This document shows, in pieces, positions 40,180 to 54,525 of a stretch of 64,000 bases of DNA. The notes below the pieces were generated by a model. It did not search any database. It was not told the origin of the DNA and was given only the letters and a program-made list of their open reading frames with translations. The position numbers were made by a program, and so were the translations under genes. The stretch comes from Eledone cirrhosa (Eukaryota): assembly GCA_964016885.1 (NCBI GenBank), contig OZ024741.1, positions 54,932,001 to 54,996,000 of the forward strand, given 5' to 3'. Numbering within the stretch: the first letter of the stretch is position 1; each line of letters opens with the position of its first letter.

Positions 40180-40385
40180 TATCGGTAGAGCGTCGGGCAT
40201 CTGCTTCGTGGCATAGAGTTACGGCCCATTACATTCTGCGTTCAAATCCCGCCGTGGTTAGCTTTACCGTTCATCCTAACGGTGTCGATAAAATAACGTA
40301 CCAGTAATACACTGGTTCGATTTAATTGACTTTCCCCTTCCCTTCAATTTGCTGGCCTTGTGCCTAAAGTAGAAACAATTATTGT
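40180..40385 (+). mobile_element. SINE family A (long-tail variant)
   Basis: B box gttcaaatcc, central domain, tail gctggccttgtgcctaaagtagaaac. Further partial (-) copies at ~16650, ~39805, ~43825-44010, ~49888 and ~50100. Confidence 0.85.
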
Positions 40386-40521
40386 ATATTTATTATTTAT
40401 TATTTACACATGATTATATGATTTGAACTCCCACCTATCTTATATCTTATATCTTTTCCTTATAAAGGACACACCCAACTCCTCTATTCCAGCCTCCTTG
40501 TATCTATAGTAAATACATTCA

Positions 40522-40669
40522 TAGTTCAGTGTTTCTGAAGAAAATGGTTCGATCGATCAGGTATTTCGAGGCTAGAAATAAGTAGTGAGGTAACCACTAC
40601 CATGCTAGTCGATATATCGATATTCCACGATCAATCAACCCTCTGAAACGATTGTAAAACAATGAACTA
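40522..40669 (+). ncRNA. Type I hammerhead with ~100 nt stem II insertion
   Basis: Stem I tagttcagtgttt/aaacaatgaacta (12 of 13 paired); CTGAAGA; long stem II; GAAA; cgattg; GUA triplet. Confidence 0.7.
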
Positions 40670-41109
40670 ATTAACCTGTCTGACATTTGTTTTTATTATT
40701 CAATAAATAAACACACGAAATGAAGATAGAAAGATAGGCAGGAAGATAGACAGGAAATTATGAGGAAGAAGATGAAAAGGAGGAGGATAACAAAGACGAT
40801 GGTAATGAAATAAAGGATAGTGGTACTGAGTTAGATGGTGTTGATGGTGATCATGATGGTAGTCATGGTAATGATAGTGCTAACAAGTTTTCCTCTACCA
40901 ATGGGTATTTAAGACATCTCTGATTTGTTCTCAAACGAATTCACCGTCTCTTGGGAAGTGATTTATCTTGAACCTTCTACGAAGTAGTTCAGAATGCTGA
41001 AGAAAAAATACGATAATAATAATATTCTTGTTGTTGTTAGATTTATTCTTCTTCTTATTATTATTATTATCATCATCACCATAATCATTATCATCATCAT
41101 CATCATCAT

Positions 41110-43810
41110 TATTATTATTTTGCGCATTATTACTGAATTACTGAGAGCAGCCATGTGCGTCTTGGGTATGTGCAGTGTGGTTTTTAGTGGTGTTTCTTTA
41201 GTGCTATTTTTTGTATGCTGTATATATTTGTAAGTCCTGGAGTTTAGGTTATGTATCTGTCTGTGTGTGATTTTGTTATCATTCCTAGAGCACCTATTAT
41301 TATAGGTAGCGTTTCTGTCTTCATCATCCACATTCGAGTTATTTCTATCTCCAGCTCTCTATATTTGGATAGTTTCTCCATTTCCTTGGTAGATATATTG
41401 TCATCTGTGGGGATAGATACATCAAGTAGAAGGCATCTTTTTTTTCCCTTTGGCTATAATATCTGGTCGCTTGGCTTTGACCTCCATGTCTCCCAGAGAA
41501 TGGTTGCTTTGTCATTCTCTGATTCCTTTTCTAGTGCGTGTCTGTACCGTCTTTTATCTGTTAGTATTTCATAATGTTGATATTAATTCCAATGTATGTA
41601 AATCCCTACTATATCATGTCTGTAGATGTATTCCCTTTTGGCTAAGACTGACCAGTCAGAGATAATGGGGTTTATTGTTTCTTCCCACCTCCACATATTC
41701 TACAGTTACTTACGATATTCTGTTTCATTATGTACTTCTGGTGATTTCTGGAGGGGAAGCTTTGGTCTTGTGCTGCAACTAGAAATCCTTCCTTAGTTCG
41801 TAGCCAATTTGGTGTATTTTGCTGGTCTACTTCCTCTCTATTCAGCCTTTTCAAGTATTTGCCATGTAAGGGTTTTTCTTGCCATCGTTTTAACATGGTA
41901 TCCTGGAGGTTTGTTTTCAGTTTACATTTTAAGTTTTTCAAAATTTCTGTTGTTTTTTCTTGTTTGTTTTCCTTTTCCTCAGCTATCTGTTAATGTGTTT
42001 TCTGCTTTGAATTTATTGCCATCCTTGAAGATTGTTTACAATTTTTGTTTTGTTCATGTTTTATAGCTATTTCTATTAACCTTCCTTGTTCTTCATTAGA
42101 TATTTGTGTCCAACTGTATTTATTTTATAACAGTTTTCTAGTTGAATAAGGCTTCTTCCACCGTGTGTCTGTGGTAGATATAATCTTTCTACGCCTAGTT
42201 TTGGAGGGTGTATTCTAAATGCAGTCATTATTTGTCTTGTTTTTCTGTTTATTCCAGCCAGTTCTTTTAGTCTCCAGTTCAGAATATTAAAACTGTAGCT
42301 TACGACTGGAATCCTTAAGGTATTGATGCAAATTACCTAATTACCTTATTCTTTGCATTTAGTTCAGTTTTAAGTAGTAATGTAATCTATCTGTAGTATT
42401 CCTTTCTAATCTTCTCTTTCATCTGTATGTTGAACTCTAACTAATTCGTTGATTTCAAAATATTTGTATGTCTGTGTTTCATCTAATTCTCTTAACTCAG
42501 TTTCTTTATTAGTGTTTTTCATCAGTTTTTCTCTCTTCGGAGTTGCCTTGGTGCATTTTTCTAGTCCGAATTTCATGCTTATTTCTTTTGTGAATCCATG
42601 TACAGTATGTAGCCGTGTCATGAGTTGTCTTTCGTTTGCAGCATACAGTTTTAGATCATCCATATATAGGAGCTGATTAATTTTCCTGTTGTAGCATTTA
42701 TACCCTAGTCCAGTTCGGTTTAGTGTCTCAATCAATGGTGTTAGGGCTAAAATGAAAAGCAGTGGTGATTGGGAATGCCCTTGAAATATCCATCTCTTGA
42801 TTGAGATGGGCTCAGTTTTTATAATTTCACCTTTCGTTTCTATTTGCAGAACTATTTGCCACCTACTCATGGCATACTTAATAAATGTTCTTATTGTTGG
42901 TGTTATTTTATTCAGGGCTAGTGTGTTCAGTGTCCATATTTACGGAACACATAAATGCCTTTTTGTAGTCGATCCATGCCATGCTGAGATTTTTTTTTTT
43001 TTTTTTTTTTTGCAACTTTTAGATATGGCTTTATTTATTAATAACTGGTCTTTACAGCTATCTGAGCCTCTGCAGCATCCTTTGTGTTCTTCTGGAAGCA
43101 GGTTGTTTTCTTTCTTTTTTTTTTTTCAGGTGTGTAGTTATATTCTGCGATACTATTGCAGTTAGTGTTTTATATATTGTAGGCAGGCATGTTATGGATC
43201 TGTAGCTTTGGGGGTTTGCTGTGTTTTGGGGATCAGGATGGTTTTTCCTTTAGCCAATCAGGTGGGGAGTTTTTCTGGCTCTGTTAGTATCTCACTAAAG
43301 GCCCTTGCAAGTGCTCCATGTGTCCCTGTTAAATATGTTAACGAAAAGAAGGGGATTTTGTCATGTCCTGGTGCCTTCCAGTTGCCTCTTTTTGTTATTG
43401 TTTTTTTATTGTGCTGGACACATCATCTGTTGTGATGTCTTCCCACAATTGTTTGTCTGCTGTGTCCGTTTTTCTTGCTAGTTTTGTACAATGTCATTTA
43501 TCTTCTTATTCTGCGATAATCTTCTCTAAATCTCTTCAGCTTCTTATACTTTGGGGGTAACATTTACTTCTATTTCGTTTTTATTAAGTTCCCGGTAGAG
43601 TAATTTCGGGCCGGAATGAAATAACTGATCAAAACACGTTTGGTCCTTTTCATATCTCCGAATTGTTTATGCCATGGCAAGTATTTGTTGCCTTAGGCAT
43701 TCCTTAGTCTCTGGGATTTCCTTTTCTGTTATATTATATTTCTTTAGTATTTCTATTTTCTTTCCTATTCCCAGTTTTGTTGCTTTTTAAAGGACCGTAA
43801 CTAAATATTA
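41110..43810 (-). mobile_element. Decayed R4/Dong-type LINE ending at an (ATT/ATC)n tract
   Basis: IFQGHSQSPLLF, LLYMDDLKLY, FGLEKC, WQEKPLHGKY, EGFLVAAQDQ, CRICG; many stops and frameshifts. Confidence 0.88.
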
Positions 43811-44703
43811 TCGCCATTTTATAATAATTGTTTCTACTTTAGGTACATGACCTGTAATTTGAAGGGAAGAGGAAAGTCGATTAAATCGACCTCTGTATTT
43901 GAGTAGTACTTTATTTTATCGACCCAGGAAGGAGGAAAGGCAAAACTGACCTCGGCAGGATTAGAAATCGGGACGTAAAGTGCCGAGAAAATAGTTCAAT
44001 GAATGGATCCGACACTCTAAAGAATCTATAAATCCAATGAATCATACAAAAACAGCAAGCAGCAAAGTCAAGGGAAAACGAAACCGCAACCGCTACACAC
44101 AAGAATCGCACTCGGATCTTCTACACCACATCGAATCAAAGTATACAACAATCAATCTCACGCTGCTCGAAATCTCACCACACAAATGGACTGCGCATTT
44201 ATCTATAAAACGCCATCTGCCGGTGAAATATAACAGTACATTATAATTTCGGAATCAGCAAAGCGATATTGAAAGTGAAAGTAGATATGATAATATAGGC
44301 AGTAACGCTTCGAGGGATCTTATTCATTTATTTATTTCCTTCATTCGTTTGTTTATTTGTTTATATATTTCTATATTTACTGCATATTGCATTGAAGATA
44401 AATACATTGAATTGAGAGGCTTTGTGTTGTTTTAGTTTCACCTCATAGATCTTGGAATGACGGTGTACATCGTATGGAACTATTCTAATAATGGAAAAGA
44501 GTACAAACACGCACACACGCACACACATACACACACACATACACACACACACAAATATATATATATATATTAAATATTATAAATATATATTTTTTTTATG
44601 TATTATATATATATTTGTGTGTGTATATACATAGATAGATACAGATATAAAGATTTATATATTTGTGTGTTTGTATCATGTATATGTATGTATGCATACA
44701 TGC

Positions 44704-44752
<49 letters not shown>

Positions 44753-44763
44753 CATATATTCAT

Positions 44764-44851
<88 letters not shown>

Positions 44852-45348
44852 TTATATATACATATATATCTGTGAGTATTTTTTTGTTTGTATGTATATA
44901 TAAGTATGTATGCATGTGTATGTATGTATGCATATTTATGCATGTATTCATGTATGTGTATAATATGTATGTATGTATGTAGGTGTGTGTATATATATAT
45001 ATATATATGTTTGTATGTACGCATGCATTAACGCATGCATATATGTGGGTACGTATGTATGCACATATGCATGCATGTATGTGTGAATATATGTATGTAT
45101 ATGTATGCATGTATGCGTGTATGTATGTTTATATGTACGAGGATGTTCTACTATTTTCCTTGTTTCCATTTTGTTTATTCTCTTTGAATCTGTATATCAT
45201 CGCAACAACACATTTTTCTATAACGTAAATTTCCAAAGGTGAAAAAGCGCCCATCCATATGTATAGATATGTAATGTATACACTCACACATACACACACA
45301 TACACCCCCCCCTCCTCCACACACACACACTCACATACACACACCCAC

Positions 45349-45481
<133 letters not shown>

Positions 45482-45656
45482 TATAATTGGATATATGAGA
45501 GGGATGAACACAGATATAACCATACATGTGTTCCAATTGTAAATGACCAACTTAGCTAGGTTGAAAAAATACTAATTTAAAACAATATGGTTTGCCTGAC
45601 TCGATTTAAAGTAATAAATCAATAAAAATAACAAACTTTATCGGGCAATAGCCTTT

Positions 45657-45735
45657 GATACCCGGACAGACCTAAATCTGTTTCGCAAGAATTATTAAGT
45701 GAAAGTCAGAATTCCTGTGCTCTTCTGCGGATATC
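45657..45735 (-). ncRNA. Type I hammerhead with full stem III, variant core CAGAAGA
   Basis: Stem I gatatccg/cgggtatc; cagaaga; stem II gca..gaatt/aattcttgc; GAAA; stem III cagat-ttag-gtctg; GUC triplet. Confidence 0.78.
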
Positions 45736-45837
45736 CAGGAAAATTCGTACCTTTCACTTCAAAGGATCTAAGAAAAATTGAACGATATGCTGATATAAAC
45801 TAAACGCACATGTCTCATACCGCTAAAATTAGCAGCC

Positions 45838-45885
<48 letters not shown>

Positions 45886-45927
45886 CTTTAAAATATTAAT
45901 AAATATTGACATTCATGTGATCAAATA

Positions 45928-45993
45928 TATTTTATTATACATATTTCAGAGATACTGAGCTATTTCAACAGTACGTCCTCATCAGATAAAATA
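45928..45993 (-). ncRNA. Minimal type I hammerhead
   Basis: ttttat-CTGATGA-(gtactg..cagtat)-GAAA-tatgta-TA-ataaaa. Confidence 0.7.
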
Positions 45994-46060
45994 AGTTGAT
46001 GCCTGACATACCTTGACTATGTTGATGGTTATAATTTAGTCATAGCAGTATATATATATT

Positions 46061-46093
<33 letters not shown>

Positions 46094-46152
46094 ATTTGCT
46101 TAAACTTTAATCTGTTATTTTAATAAATATATAAATATATATATATATACAG

Positions 46153-46257
<105 letters not shown>

Positions 46258-46454
46258 TTAGCGAGAAACGCATTTCGGCGGGTAGAAATTAGCGACACGC
46301 AACTTCCATATTGTGTAGAAAAGCGCTCCATGGATATGAAGATACCAGAGCTATAAACATAAGTTAAAAAGGTCATACAAACTGAGACGATGGTTAAGAA
46401 GCCATTAACCACCAGAGCCAAAAAAGCGAACAAGCTAAACGGGTCAAACAAAAT

Positions 46455-46533
<79 letters not shown>

Positions 46534-46679
46534 TTATTTAGGTTTGAAGGTTCACCACTGGATAGAGTTGGTCTTTCCGTATGGTCAATCTTCATGTAAT
46601 AATATGGAGAGTACTCAACGTAAAGCAGCTCAACCGTCTTCGTTTGTGTAGTTGGTGGTGCGAGTACGGAGTTAATTAT

Positions 46680-47011
46680 TATAATAAAATAACAGGAGGC
46701 TGGACTTGTGTAAATCCTTGAAAGGTTTATTATACCATGATCATTTCAATGACCGGGTTCCGTATGAATCCAGTGATATCATCAGGTATTCGAAATATAA
46801 TAAAAGAATGTAACAGATAAAATCCATGGGGCTGAAAATCATAGACCCGAGGACGACCGACCATCTAGCATCTTCCACTTTAGCCGGTCGCCCTCCTTTC
46901 GAATACCTGATGATATCACCGGATTTATACGGAACCCGGTCATTGAAATGATCATAGTATAATAAACCTTTCAAGGATTTACACAGGACCAGCCTCCTGT
47001 TATTTTATTAT
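46680..47011. repeat. Fold-back (115 bp arms, ~100 bp spacer) with an HHR in each arm
   Basis: 46680-46795 versus 46897-47011; single-copy tail with gagtactc to the left. Confidence 0.9.
46903..46960 (+). ncRNA. Minimal type I hammerhead (mirror copy 46732-46789 on -)
   Basis: atac-CTGATGA-(accgg..ccggt)-GAAA-tgatca-TA-gtat-aataaa. The mirror copy has G at the cleavage position. Confidence 0.8.
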
Positions 47012-47034
47012 ATGTATATATATATATATATATA

Positions 47035-47228
47035 TAACGAAGGAAATGTGGTAAGGAACCAGGTGGACCATAACGCACCAAAGTACTCAATACTTGAGGT
47101 AGTAGAGTGGGTAATAGGAACCAGTAAGACCCCGACAGCTGAGCTCAAGCCGTTTCGACGGCTAATTCTGGACGTCCAGAATTAGCCGTCGAAACGGCTT
47201 GAGCTCAGCTGTCGGGGTCTTACTGGTT

Positions 47229-47231
<3 letters not shown>
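47035..47231. mobile_element. PLE-terminus fold-back cassette with half-HHRs
   Basis: Perfect palindrome ~47115-47231 centred on gacgtc, plus a tail homologous to 5119-5198; (TA)n on both sides. Confidence 0.8.
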
Positions 47232-47324
<93 letters not shown>

Positions 47325-47384
47325 TATACATATACATATACATACACACTCACATAATATATGTTGGTAAGATGGCTAAAGCTC

Positions 47385-49240
47385 AGTGCGTTATAAGAGT
47401 CGACAGCATACAGGAATCCAAGTCAATCAAACATGTACTCCAATAAGTTAGGGCACTTGTAGTAGAAGACAGTGAAAGTCACGGGACATAAATACTTGAT
47501 ACAAAATGAAAACTAAGTTTGTTATTCCAAATTCATTTATATTCAGACATACGGTCACATGGCCTAACAGCGACCATGAGACAACGACCCTAATAGACCA
47601 CCTAGTGATTGGACCTGAATGAAGAGTACCCTGTTTGCAAGATGGTAGAGTATATAACGAAGCACCTATGTCAGCAGCCACTATTACCTAATCATCCCTA
47701 AATTTAAGATCAAATTGAGGAGGCAAAAGAACAAGACATCATTACCTGGGAGGTTTGACAACAACTGAGTGCGAGACAGTTCTTCAAAATTAGTTCTCTG
47801 CCTTAGAAACCACTCAACCAGGGACATCAGAATGGTAGGAAATCCAGCTGGTGAAGAAATATTGGGATGCAAGAAACTCAACAGGGAAACATGGATTAGT
47901 GACCACACCTGACAACTAATTAAGGAATGATAAGCTCTACATCAAAGAAAGCAGAACAATGATGAGGACCACAGTGCATTACAGACATATGCTAAAATTG
48001 ACAAGGAAGGAAAACACAGTACTCAAAAAGACAAACGTCTGTGGTTGGCGAGCCAGGCTGAAGAAGCAGAAGTCAGTGCTAAACGAAATGACTCGTGTAC
48101 TGTATATGGGATTGCCAATAAGATCACTGTTATCTCAAAAGGAAGGTCAGAGTCGATCAAAACAAAGGATGGAACTTGTGAGATGGATCGAGCACTTGCG
48201 ACCTGACTCGCTGTCAATAACCGAAGAACTCTCTTATCATCTCTCAATTAACACTGGTGACATCACAGTAAGAAATACGGAATGCCAACAAAAACCCTAA
48301 AAAACACATTAAGTCGCCAGGTATGGATGACATCACCGAAGAGATGCCCAAAGGCGGGTTGGAATGCATCACCACATGGATGTGTCAGTTATTCAACCAG
48401 ATCTGGAATAAGGGTGAGATACCAGTGGTCTGGAAGATGCTAGCAGTTGACAGCAACCCCCAAAAGCGATATCTTGTAGAGTGTGACAGCTGGAGAGGAA
48501 TAACACTTCTATCCATACCAGGAAAGATGTTCTGCCAGGTTATCCTAAATCGAAGGAAGGAACAAGCTGGATTACTCTACGACGTATCATCGAGAATACA
48601 ATGAATTCCAACTACCACTTGCCATCACATTCGTTGATATTACTAAAACTTTTGATTTCGTACATAAAACATCCTTATGGAACATCATGCGAGTTTATGG
48701 CATATAAATCTAAGGTTGGCTTAGCCATCAAGGATGTATATACAGGCTCAAAATGCTGCGTAAAAATTGAGTATGGATATTGTGAGGGGTCCGCCAAGGA
48801 TGCGAGCTGTCTCCGATTCTCTTTGCTTTGACCATCGACTGGGTAATAGAATATAAGGGGATGGACTGGCTAGAGGACCAGAATCTCCCAGACCTTGATT
48901 TTGCAGATGATATTGCTGTCATGGCTAAAAGTACATTTGACTTGCAGTATCTGATAGATGAGACAGGGTCATCTGCAGCCGGCATAGGTCTCGACATCAG
49001 TGTAAAAAAAAAACAATAACATGTTAGTTGGTATACATCTATCACCAACAAATATGCTAAACAGGTCCTGTATTGGTACTCCCATGGAAGGTCGCGAAGA
49101 GGATGTCCTAAGATAAACTAGCGGCAGATAACGACAGTAAGTTGAAATTTGTCAACAAAAGCTGGAACGATGTATTGATAGATGCAACTGATCGTGGTCA
49201 TTGGAGCACTTTGGAGTCTAAAGACGCGGTAGCTTCTAGA
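47385..49240 (+). mobile_element. Decayed RTE-clade LINE (EN end + RT)
   Basis: IDHLVI, ECDSWRGITLLSIPGKMF, LPDLDFADDIAV; heavily mutated. Confidence 0.82.
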
Positions 49241-49316
49241 TCAAAATTATATTTACACTCATATATATATATAGTTGAAAATGAGCAAACAAAACATAGG
49301 AGGCAATTATACACAG

Positions 49317-49370
<54 letters not shown>

Positions 49371-50397
49371 CATGAAACTACGCTTTATAATATATATATG
49401 TGTGTGTATACACACATATTCGCGAAAAGAAAGTATAGGCTTACTGAATTTATTTAATAAATTCAATACAATACATTTTAACATACGATTGTGGTCACTT
49501 TGTACTCCGGAATATGTGTATATGTGTGTATGTGTGTATATATGAGTGCATTCATGTGTGAGTGCGTTTGTGTGCGGAGGTACTTGTGTGTGTGTTTGTG
49601 TGTGCCAAATGCTTGCGTGTGTCTGCGTGCCTCTGAGTGTGTGTGCGTGTATCTAGATGTTTGTTTGTGTATGGGGTTGGGGGTGTTTGTGTGCGTGAAA
49701 CACCCAAGATGCTAAGTCACTGGACCTCAAACCATGGTAACAAATCTTAAACAAGCATGTGACATCAAATTTGAGAGATTGTGTAATCGATTACAGACCT
49801 GCCAACCTCTAAAAACCGAATCGGGGAGTACCGTGAACAAAAGTGCCCCAAAATGGGGAGAAATCAGGCAAAATGGGAGCATTTTAGATAATTGTTTCTA
49901 CTTTAGGCACAAGGCCAGCAACTACCCAGTGCATTACTGGTACTTTATTTTATCGAGGATGAAAGGCAAAGTCAACCTCGGCGGAGATAATGAAAGCTAT
50001 ACACATTTTCACAAAAACGGGGAGAAATGGGCCTAACGTAGGTATCACCCCATCGGACGAGGAGAGTTGATAGATCTAGGATTATATATGTGCTAGTAAT
50101 TAATCGATATTTTATTTTTATCGATCCTGGAAGGATCATTCACGCGATATCGATGTCGATGGAATTTGAACTCAATATGACAAAATATATTAGATATAGA
50201 ACGTGAGTTTATAGATAACCAAGAAACATTAAGATGCGACGTCAAAATGAAGGACGGTGAAATAAAAGTTAGACTAAGTTAAATGAACAAGAGTTAGCTG
50301 ATTGGACGATTAGAGCGTCTTAGGGATGACACTTTTAAAACTTTGGCCGTTGTTAGATACTCCATAATCTGAGAAACCTAGGAGTACGTGCAACTAC

Positions 50398-50435
<38 letters not shown>

Positions 50436-50532
50436 CGTGTACACATATATTCACGTATATATACATATATATGCATGTATATATGTGAGCATATATCTAT
50501 ATATATATATATATATACATACATATATATAC

Positions 50533-50570
<38 letters not shown>

Positions 50571-50613
50571 TTGTGTGTGTGGGTGTATATATATATGTGT
50601 GAGTGTGCGTGTG

Positions 50614-50658
<45 letters not shown>

Positions 50659-50659
50659 C

Positions 50660-50797
<138 letters not shown>

Positions 50798-51068
50798 CTA
50801 TAAGGTAAATGAATTAAATGAAAAGGTAATAGGTGTGCGTGTCTTGAATGCAAAACAAAATTAATAAGAGAAGGCAATAATCCATGTCTTTTCATTATTT
50901 CTACTAATCTACTTCTATTCCTGCTAATTGCTTTTACTGATCTGATCCACTTGTCATTTTATGCTCTTTCCTTTTCGCCATTTCTTGTGTGTCTCTTTAT
51001 ATACATATAATTAGCGTTTGGCCCCACCTCTGTTTCTCTCTGTATGTATGAATATATATATATATATA

Positions 51069-51139
<71 letters not shown>

Positions 51140-51141
<2 letters not shown>

Positions 51142-51323
51142 CAATAATAATAAATTTGAAGACTAAAATCCAAAGAGGGCTCAATAAAGATAAATATATA
51201 TCAAATATATAAGAACCCTAGAGCATTTGATATATATTTATCCTTATCCAGCCCTCTTTGGATTTTAGTCTTCAAATTTATTATTACTACTATTTGGCTC
51301 CCTCGGTTGAGCACTCTATTGAC
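51140..51323. repeat. Fold-back (~66 bp arms) with gagcactc tail; single arm also at 4833-4918
   Basis: aataataaatttgaagactaaaatccaaagagggct..tatcaaat and its reverse complement. Confidence 0.85.
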
Positions 51324-51375
51324 ATATATATATATATATAAATGTCTTTGTGCGTGTGTTATATAATACACCCCC

Positions 51376-51449
<74 letters not shown>

Positions 51450-51519
51450 TGTGCGTTGGTGTGTTTATATGTATATACCCCCATAATATATATATATATG
51501 ACTAAGTCTTAAGTCTGTC

Positions 51520-51763
51520 TTAAGCCAGACGGCCGGTGCTTATCCCGGTTTCATGGCATGAAGTGACTGAGAGTACAAGACTACCCCCTGGGAAAGACGC
51601 CAGTCCATCGCAGGGTTTAACTCCCAGCTATTGTTGGTACTCATTTTCAAGTGAGTATACTGGAGCAAAATGAAATGAAGTGTTTTGTTCAAGAACACAA
51701 CACGCAACCCAGGAATCGAACCCATGGCAGTCCAAAACACTTACCACTAGGCCACTGGCCTCC
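51520..51763 (-). mobile_element. tRNA-derived SINE family B, near full-length
   Basis: Minus strand: A box tggcctagtgg, B box ggttcgattcc, gtgttcttgaacaaaacacttc (CORE-like), tandem taagtct tail. Confidence 0.8.
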
Positions 51764-51797
51764 ACGTATGTATGCATGTATTTATGCATGCATATAT

Positions 51798-51843
<46 letters not shown>

Positions 51844-52619
51844 CGTTTCTGAATTTGTTTAGCAAGATTCTTTATCTGAAATCGTGTGTTGAAACCGATA
51901 TTGTTATACTTTGGGAGGGTCATGTTGCCAATAAGAAACACACGCACCAGTTTCATTCACTTCAATTTATTACATATTTATAAATTTATAAATTTACAAA
52001 TCTACAAATCTATAAATTTCTGGTTGGTTGGTTGGTTCCCCAACCAGACAGTTGTTTATATATAGTCACAGTCCTCCCGTCACACACTCCGTGACCCCCC
52101 CCCCCCCCCCCCAGCGACTGGGGACCCCCCTCTCTGCCTCCGCGCCTCTCCCTCCCTCTGTCCCACGCCACCCTGTCCCCGTGTGTGCGCCGCGCGCCCA
52201 GCCCGCGCATGCGCCACATCCGCATGCGCCACTTTCTTCTAAGTTTAATTTTACTACTAATTACGTACGGTTGAGGATATATTTGATCGGATTCTGCATG
52301 CTGCCGAAGGGTTTGATAAATAATGGAACGGAGTTAACGCGAACTAGCTGCGGTCAATTATTTGTCGGAGATTTCCCCGTTAGAAAATTTACTCTTAAAG
52401 CTTGCTAGATTTGATTATGTATATGGTTAATTATGGTGATTAGAAGAAGAAATAGTATATATTTTAATATCTGATTGATTCTATAGACATGTTTTATGAT
52501 ATAATGCTCTGATTTTTTGATTTTAACTTATTAATTCTTCATTGAGCTTAAAAGTGAACAGTTGCAACACATATATGTATCCTTGATTTAATTTAATTTA
52601 ATTTTATGTATGTGATAAC

Positions 52620-52733
<114 letters not shown>

Positions 52734-52854
52734 CAAAGGAATTGCAGTAAGGAACCAGATTGACCATAACGCACCAGAGTACTCAATACTTAGGGTATAT
52801 ATGTATATATATATATATAATATAAAATCAAAAGATGGTTAAAAGAGTTCCATG

Positions 52855-52925
52855 TATTTTATTATGCGCATTTCAAAAACAAATATCATCATGGGATGAT
52901 ATTTGCGTTCTCATCAGATAAAATA
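52855..52925 (-). ncRNA. Minimal type I hammerhead
   Basis: tattttat-CTGATGA-(caaatatcatc-ccat-gatgatatttg)-GAAA-tgcgca-TA-ataaaata. Confidence 0.85.
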
Positions 52926-53882
52926 GGGAGACATATATGAAGCTTAAAAAACACTTGCGCGCAGTGAAGTGTTAAATCAACATATGAAAAATAAAATAAG
53001 ATGGATATATGAGATTGGAAAAAAGGAAAGGAAAGCGGGAAGGAAAAGGTAAGGAAGAGGAAGAAAGAATATAGATAGAAGAAAAAAATATAATAATAAG
53101 GAAAGGATGACGGGGGAGGAGTATAAGAAGGAAGGATGGGAGAGGAGGAGAAAATGAGTGAGAGAGAGATAACCTTTAATACTGAGAAACAGTCTCATAG
53201 AGAAAATAAAAAAAAACCGTTGTAAAATAATACATAATTTAAAAAATTAAGAAATTAAAAGTTAATGAGGTTTATGAATGGTGATGCTTATTAAAGAAAA
53301 AGGAATTAAGAATACTATTTATTTAAGGTTTATATATTGAAGGGTTTAATAAGATGTGCGAAAAGGAATTTATTAAAATGTATTATTAAAATAAAATATA
53401 TTAAGAAGATAAGGTGAATGAAGATAAGGTTAAATGAATTATGAACTTAGAGGAATTAATTAAGGTCCAAGTTTGTTTCTATATATTGTAATAGGAAAAA
53501 GTAAATAATAGGTTTAATACGAGCATGGAAGGAGAGAAGAAAGAAAAAATTCAAGGAAGAAAAAATATATAAAGTCAAAAAATATGTTTACAAAATTTCT
53601 CTAATGCTAATATTAGTATATATTAAAAATAAAAATTTGTATGGCCGAGAATATAAGGAAAATGATATAGTGAGTTATAAGATGAATTAAGAAGTAATTA
53701 AGAAGTAAAAGTTGCAGATTAAAGATTAGAAATTAAAAAAGAAAAAAATTAGGGACCGCCAACGACATAGTATGAGTAATATTGTATAATATACTGAAAT
53801 AAGGTAGAAAGATGGATATATTTGTAAAAAATATAAAAGCGTTTGAGAAAAAAAGATTTTAAACTAATTAGGTAGTAAGATA

Positions 53883-54525
53883 TTAGCTGTATACTTTATG
53901 GAAAGTTCTATGGGATTTATGCAAGCAGAGCGAAAATAAATCCGTACGTCTATTTATTATAGAATTAAAATTAGAGATAATGGTAAATTTCTCCGCTAGG
54001 TAGAGATTACATGTTCTTGATAGGGAAGAATTGCAAACCTTTCTCCAAGAAATGCTGTAGTTAATATTTTTGTCCTTTAAAGACCATATGAGTTCTGAGA
54101 GTGCTGTGTTAGTTCTTTTAAGTTGGTATTTAAAAGAATTGTGATTATAAAATCTTGCTTTAAAGGAAGTGGAAGTGGAACCAAAATAGGTAAAAGAATT
54201 AGTACCAGTTATAACCTTACATTCATACACTAAATTTTTATCAAGACATTGGTTACTAAGAGGACATTTAGTTCTAATAGGGCAATTGCAATTACGATTA
54301 GAGAAATTACCAAGTGACCCAGTATTATTTATAGAAGGAATTGATTTGGAGAAGTTACTTACGATAGGTGCTAAAGTTTCCTGATTTAGATTGATATTAT
54401 GAACATTCGACAAAGTTACGCTTGACGTCCTATTTAAATTTACGGAATCTAGCCTAGAGTTAACATTGACGTCGGGCTTACTATTGTTATTATTATGACG
54501 CTCAGTGCTGGATGGATATGATTTA
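53883..54525 (-). pseudogene. PLE GIY-YIG endonuclease C-terminal part
   Basis: CNCPIRTKCPLSNQC, LVYEC..YFGST..FKARFYNH, LSELIWSLK, CNLYLAEK. Confidence 0.88.
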
